Part shown: piece after piece, positions 56,429-64,000 of the stretch
How the letters are laid out: the number at the start of each line of letters is the position of its first letter
Numbering within the stretch: position 1 is the first letter of the stretch
Assembly: GCF_009914755.1 (NCBI RefSeq)
Contig: NC_060925.1
Length of the DNA: 64,000 nt
Strand: one strand, 5' to 3'
Source: the human T2T-CHM13v2.0 reference genome, Homo sapiens
Made by a program: the position numbers and the translations under genes
Notes under the pieces: model-generated
Told to the model about the DNA's origin: nothing
Databases searched by the model: none
Seen by the model: the letters and a program-made list of their open reading frames with translations, nothing else

Positions 56429-59400
56429 GATTTTAATTTTCATCCAGAAACCATTGGGATTTTTAATCTCCATGCAGAATGGAAGGGACAAAAACATTTC
56501 ATTAAAATATTTATCTTTAAGCAAGTTTTGAAAATTATTTGATTATGTAATTTAATAAAATTATATCATCTCTTTTTTTCTCTTAGCAAAATGAATCTCA
56601 CAGGAGATGATAAAAACCAGATACTAAATTTGTGCTAAAATGTGAATGAAATAACTTCCACCTTTATTTGGAAGCATATGCACAGAATATAACAACAGAT
56701 AATTGGAACCAAAGAGGATGTCCTAAAAAGGCTGCCTGGCTTCAGTGTTGGTGCCTTGGCTTGTGGCTTCTTGTGTCTGCACTGTTACAAGAATGCTTCC
56801 TTTTTTTCATTTATTTCTCTTGTTCTTTTCTTTATTTTTCTTTTTTCTTTTCTTTTCTTTAGCACCTTAGGAGTCCATTCTGATTTTCATGCTGTATTTC
56901 TATTTGATTCATTCATTGTGCAAAAGAAATTTTATTAGAGGAATTCAGCTCTTTACAGAATTCAGTCAAGGAAGTAGATTACTTAGTAGAGCCATCATCA
57001 CCATTCACCTTGTGCTTTTTATCTTCTCACTGCAGATACTCACACCATTGCCTCAGGAATCCAGTCTAAAGGACATGGGGCCATGCACATTAGCCACATT
57101 ACTTCAGGACATTCACAACTGTTCATTGGACATGCTGATTTTCCATATTACATTACTCACTATCTCTGTAGGGATTCAAAGTAAGCTTGAGAGTCTCCTA
57201 TCTTGGTAATATTTCAGCCAAATCAGATTAGGTTCACATTAATATGTATTCTTATGAAAATAAACAAAATGAATAAAATAGTAAACATGCTTTTACACTT
57301 GAGGATATTAAGTAAATTTCTGTTTAGTTTCTAAATCACATTATTAAATTTGTTTTTTCTTTGAGCCTCTGATAGACTATTACACTATTTTGATAATAGC
57401 ATTATTAAAAATAAAAATATTCTACAAATTGACATAAAATTATAATTAAACGGCACTAGTTTTGAATACAGCACTAATGAAATAGTCATTAAAATTAATA
57501 AAAGTAATAGTGGTATATCCTAATCTGCTAGAAATATTTAAAAATTTAAGGGCAAGATATTTCTGAATCCTATACAAATAACAGTTCTTTTCATTTTGAA
57601 ATTAGTCTGTTTTATATTCAATGGTATATTAATTATTTTTGCAAATGCCTACATCTGAATTCATTTACTCAGTATCAGAGATTAGCAACTCTTGTCTATT
57701 CCATAAATATGACAGACTAATGCAGGTGATCTTTGAAAAGATGTATACCTTAATCATGATGCTACATTATCTTTATTCAGTTTCCCACTGAAATTAATAG
57801 AAGCTTTAACTAACTCGAGAATAGCACAATACTGAAAATAAATATATATTCCTTTATGTTAATATTTCCTACACTAATGTACAGTGAGTCAGTTTGGGAC
57901 TCACAGAAAAGACATCATGCTAATAGAATTCTGGTGAGAAAAATGTAACATTAGGAAAAGATATATCAACTTTTTTCTTCAGTCAATGTTTGTTATTCCA
58001 GAAAGAACTGTTTTTGCATGTTGAATCACTTATTGTGAAAAAGGAATTCAGAGTTTTCCAAAGAAGCACATAAAGGATTTCAAATGCATTCCTATGGTAA
58101 GGTAGAATATAGTCCACATAATTTTAGAAAAGCAATATATGCTTAATGGGAAGTAGGTGGGGGAGGCAGGTGGGGCATTGATAGTGGCTATTTTCTTTCT
58201 GGTGTATTTCTTCTGATTTCCTTTGACTTCTTATATTTATTTCCCCATCTTTTACAGTCTTCTGAAAGTGTTTCTAATATACCAAGGCTATGTCTAAGGA
58301 TATTAAAAAATACTGCAACCTAAAGAAGTACAGATAATTAGATTAGGAAGGACATGATAGGAGGAGAATTATGGACTCAAACTGGAGCTCTGCCACTTCA
58401 ATGGAATGCTCTTCTGACCTATTTCTCATGCAAAATGTAGAAATCTGTAGCATTTTAAAAGTGAGGCCTAATACTACTTTCACAGATGCTGCTAGATCTA
58501 TGTAATGAAATCAACACAGGCATGAACCAATGCTAGATTAGCATTCATAATCTTCCTTAAAACATAATCTGTAGAGTAAAAAATATGCCTGACTCTGCAT
58601 CCCATACCCTCTTCACTGTACTGAGCTGAGTCCTAGCTGCAGATGTGCTAGCTATTCGCCATGCGACTGAAGGCGGGTTCTCTGTGGCTGACTTTATTCT
58701 CTAGAAAACAAAAACTTTAGATAAAATAGATAATCTCCGAGATCCCTCCCAGCTCAAAACTTTTAATTATTAGATTCATTTTTACCATATAGTCAAATTC
58801 ACCTATCACTTTGGGAAGAGACTGTCATTGAATTCAAGCACCAGTTATTTGGAGAGAGCAAACTACTTATTTCTGATTTCTCCTGAGTGCAGAGCTTTAG
58901 ACTGTGTTGTGTGGTTATCATCAAGCCCAATGCTTCACATTTCATAAATCCGCGATAAACATGATTTTTTAACAAACTGAGACCCTATTAATGTTCTAGT
59001 GTTGGTCTCTATAATCACATTTATTTATTATCAAAATGGAAAAATATACACATAAGACTCATGCATAATCACAAAATCTAGAATGAATTAATCTAAAACT
59101 CCCAAAAGGCAAGTTTACATTTTTTGTTTCTTTCCTTTTGTTTTCGCTTCACTTCAAGAACTCACATCGTCATATCATAACCTTGAAATACAGTTAAGAA
59201 TTTCCATCCAAATGTAGATCACTGAAGCAATGCGGATCCCATCAGCTTATGCAATATGTACGTGAACGAAGAGATAAAAGAGTAATGAGGTGGGTGTCTT
59301 AGATATTACTCTGAAATTTCAGTGCTATTGTTTTATTTTACGATTTACTGGAAGATTTCCTGTGAATATGCAGACTTGGAATACATTGGATTCAGATGCA

Positions 59401-59896
59401 GGGTTTCCATTCCATTTATTTTTAACACCTGATAAGTGAATCTGATTGAGGGAGACTGGCTCCCGGCTATAGGAGCTGGCAGAATTTTTTTGCATGATCT
59501 CAACTGCAGATAATAATTATCTTTTTGTATTTGGGATTTGGGTAGCTTTTTTTAAAAAAGTTACTTTAAAAAAATGCTTTCTGAGTTTATAAGTGAAATA
59601 AAAATAAATTTTATTGTGCAATTTTTTTATAACCTCCTTTTGTCTTTGCACTAAGGTTTTCGAAGAGAAACATTTATTTCCAATCACTTTAATCTCACTG
59701 ACTCTAAAAGTAATAGATATGTTTTGAGTGAAATGTCAACAAGAAAAAAACAGTGTATTTTTAGTATATTCTTCAAAGGATTTAATTACAGAGCTCACAC
59801 AAATAAATAATTTAAAAATAGTGAGACATTTAATATGATAGTTTTGGCCTTAGTTTATATTTCTTTCATCTCTTGGAGATTTTTAAGGCACATTCA

Positions 59897-60364
<468 letters not shown>

Positions 60365-61430
60365 TTATTTTTCAGATAAATTCTCTGCTTGAAGAAAATC
60401 TAGGTATCTTAAAAATGGTCAACGAGTGTATCTCAACAATGATTTTTTAGATGACCACTTTAAAGATTTCGTAAAAACCGAATCTAAAAGATTTTCATTT
60501 GTTGTACCTACTTTTATTTTTTGTAACAGAAAAGATATAAAAGTTGTTCTTTTCCAAAAAATATATATGCAATTTGGAGAACACACCAGCTTGCATACTT
60601 TTACTGTCTTGTCATTATGAAAATTTTTAAAAGAATATTTTCCTTTCTAAAAATTATAATGGGCAACATTCTAAGGAAAATAGTAGAAAAGTAGAAGTCA
60701 AAAAAAAAAAAAAAAGGAACCCCAACAAAGAGACTAAAGCGCAAAACAAAAAAAAAAAAGTAAAAGAAAGAAAATAACAGCACCCTTGGAAGGTACAATT
60801 CAATACCTAATTTCGCTCTCTGCCAGAATAAATTTCTTTCCAACCTGTGTCTCCTCAGTTGCTGCTAATGCTATTCCAAGTAAGATGGAACAAGTTTGAA
60901 GAATAAGTTATCAATAGCCCAAGTGAGCTATCTAAACTGATTTTATTGGTGATGAGTTTTTCTCAAATTGCAAGAGCTGCATTATCAAAGGTGTGTTTAA
61001 GAGAGAATAAGGCCTCTCTAGAGTCTTTTTTTTGTGAGCCCTAGCATTGAAGATAAAAAAGCCTTTTATTTCAGCCTTTATAGTGGTGGGAGAGATGCAG
61101 GCCATGCTAACCCCATCAGTTAAGTGCTGTCTGAAAATTATATGAGACTGAGCAACAACTATCATCTTGTTTAAATATGAAAAGTGTTTGTTCTCTTTGA
61201 GTGAACAAGAATTAAGGGTAAAAATTGAATGAAGTGAACTGATCTATTGACATTTAAGAAGTCTTTTCTTTATGTCATGATGCTAAAGTGTATCTCTTTA
61301 TTTCTTATATTTATTTAATTCTGAGGTTCCAATGTATTCATGTTTTCTACCCTGGACTTTGTGACACACTAGAAAGATCATTGAAAATAAATACAAATTA
61401 TGGCCCTGAAATTGCTACCTAACAACTACC

Positions 61431-62325
61431 AAACTCAATTCAAAAAGCAACCCCATTAAAAAGTGGGCAAAGGACATAAACAGACACTTTTCAAAGGAAG
61501 ACATACATGTGGCATCAAGCATATGAAAAAAAGTTCAATATCACTGATCGTTAGAGAAATGCAAATCTAAACCACAATGAGATACCACCTCACACCAGTC
61601 AGAAAGGTTATTATTAAAAAATCAAAAATAACATGCTAGCAAGGTTGCAGAGAAAAGGAAACACTCATACACTCTTGGTGGGAGTGTATATTAGTTCAAC
61701 CTTTGTGGAATGAAGTTCGGCGATTCCTCAAAGAGCTAAAAACAGAACTGCCATTCAACCCACCAATCCCATTACATACTCTGGGATAACCCAAAGGAAT
61801 ATAAGTCATTGTACTGTAAGGACATATGCACATGTATGTTCATTGCACTAGTCCCAGTAGCAAAGACATGGAATCTACCTAAATGTCCATCAATGCTAGA
61901 CTGGATAAAGAAAATATGGTACATATACACTATAAAATACTAAACAGCGATAAAAAAAAAGAATGAAACCATGTCCTTTGCAGGAACATGAATGGAGCTG
62001 GAGGCCATCATCCTTAGCAAACTAACACAGAAATAGAAAACAAATACTGCATGTTCTCACTTATAAGTTGGAGCTAAATAAAGAGAACACATGGACACAA
62101 AGAGGGGAACAACAGACCCTGGGGCCTACTTGAAGGTAAAGGGTGGGAGGAAGGAGAGGAACGGAAAAAATAACTATTGCGTACTAGGCTTAGTACCTGG
62201 GTGATGACATAATCTGTACAATGAACCCCCACGGCATGAGTTTACCTACATAACAAACCAGCATATGTATTCCTGAACCTAAAATGAAAGTTAGAAATAA
62301 AAATAAGAAGAAAAAGTAAAAAAGA
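61431..62325 (+). mobile_element. 5'-truncated L1 (older L1PA/L1PB-type): ORF2 end plus 3' UTR, antisense to NEGR1
   Basis: CCCCATTAAAAAGTGGGCAAAGGAC...ATGCAAATCTAAACCACAATGAGATACCACCTCACACCAGTCAGA...ATGTTCTCACTTATAAGT...CCTGAACCTAAAA followed by an A-rich tail. Confidence 0.9.
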
Positions 62326-64000
62326 AACTTTCGACAACTTATAAAATAGAAATAATACCACTTCCATCTGTGAAAAAATTCCAGATTGTGGTGAGAAGGA
62401 AATCAGATGGTCAATATAAAAGCATTTTGAAACTTTCTAATGCGGGTTAAAGTCCCAGACTGATTGTGTTTACATCTTCAATTCATCCTCCAAGTACACT
62501 AAAATGTCAGTAAAGAAGGACAAAGAACAACCCACAAAGACAACGGAAATAAATATGGACATGAGAGTAAATGAAAAGTTTTTGATGATGGGAAACTAAT
62601 GGATGACTAGTTACTCACAAAAAAGAAGGATGAAAACTCAGTTTATTCTGAGGTGGTGAGCAAAAGAAGCAGGTCAATCTGAGCCACTGAAATGTACAAG
62701 GGCTAAAAAATCAGAGACACCAGCTAACTTAGAAAGTGGGAATGAGGGGTGGGCTGAAAAAAAGACAAATGGTTAAAGTCGTGTGTAACTTGGATCATTC
62801 TCCACCTTATGCAACCAGAGAAATTATATCAAAGACTCTAATGTCAAGGGTGCCTGCCCAATAGTGGATAAAACATTATAGTGATAGTGAAACAAAACAA
62901 AACAAAGAATATTGTTAACCATTTCAGAGTGGTAAAAGTGAGTACTGCAACTATGAAGAAAATGCAAATGATAAAAAAGAGTTCCTGCATAATAACAATA
63001 TGCAACTGCCCAAATAACAGAACGTGCATGCTATTTAGAAAAATGGAGATATGTGCAGACAGAAATAGCCACAAGAGTTACAAGAGGTTACTTCTGAGGA
63101 GCCAGAAATAGTAGTGGGAAAGCCTGTATTAATCTTTGACTTTTAAACTATGCATGTATATTACTTTGATAAAAATAAAAATTCAATCTAAAAATAAAAC
63201 AAAGAAAAAATTAAAATGTAAGTCATTATTATTTGGCAACACAGTGCAACATTGGATCCATTCTCTTATGCACTGCATTGTGGTATATTCAACAAATATT
63301 GTACATTTTCCATGTGCCAGGATTTATTCTAGGCAATAGGGAAAAAGGCAATATCTAATATTCCAGGAGTGTTATGCCACCATTTATTTTCATTTAATTC
63401 TTCTACAGTCGGTTAAATATGACTCTATACGTTTTACAGATGAGAAACATCTCCCTATCCCTACTGGAACACAGCATGTGGGAAAGTTGAGATATAAATA
63501 TGCATCTGCTTTAAAAGTCCCTTTAATGTAACCAGATCCACCTTTCCATGGCTTCTTCTCATCTACAAAATGAAGTCTAAGCCCCTTAGCCCATAACATA
63601 ATATCACAAGGCTCAACCTCAGTATCACAAATATGCAGTATTATGATCACATATTATCAGCGCAAAGCTCAAACTCTCTAGGTTGTGGTGTGCCACTTCC
63701 TGCCCTATATGCCTTAGTTCTACTAATACCAAACCATCTTTACTGGAGTATCAGGCCTCAGTGATCCTGCATTCCCATGTTATTCCCTCTCCTTAAAATG
63801 TTCTCACCATCCTTCTTTATTTGGCTTCCTCTTTTCATTCTTTATCATCAAGTCTATCTTTGTGTGATCCCTTCAAAAAAGTTTTCCCAAACTCTGAAAT
63901 CCAGTTATGTTTCTTTCTTCTGTGCATCTGTAACAAGAGTGCCCTCATCTACCTCACTACTTACAAACCAAATGCTTAATATTTTATCTGTAAGACATTG

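Overview
This is AT-rich human genomic DNA (an AluYa5 is present) from inside the IgLON neural cell-adhesion gene NEGR1, which is transcribed on the minus strand. The only credible coding sequence is a 233-bp exon at 18000-18232 with AG/GT splice sites, encoding most of the first Ig domain (exon 2). Everything else is intron: the upstream intron lies to the right and the downstream intron to the left. The introns contain Alus (J, S, Y, Ya5), MaLR/ERVL LTRs, a near-full-length decayed Tigger1, Tigger2a, MER20, an L1 3' end, MIRs and tandem repeats. The other ORFs in the track come from repeats or are chance ORFs, and I found no new protein-coding system. Four structures deserve most attention. 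(1) A ~100-120 bp CA/TG-containing direct repeat brackets the exon almost symmetrically, ~185 bp from each splice site. (2) A 1.35-kb palindromic RY VNTR sits inside an Alu tail and is closed by a perfect 25-bp inverted copy of the Alu's own 3' end. (3) Similar fold-back or template-switch signatures recur at other loci (25.9-26.15 kb, 24.8 kb, possibly 38.2 kb). (4) An AluY/MLT1 junction looks like an insertion-associated deletion or a templated insertion. Repeat subfamily names come from recalled consensus sequences, not from a RepeatMasker run.
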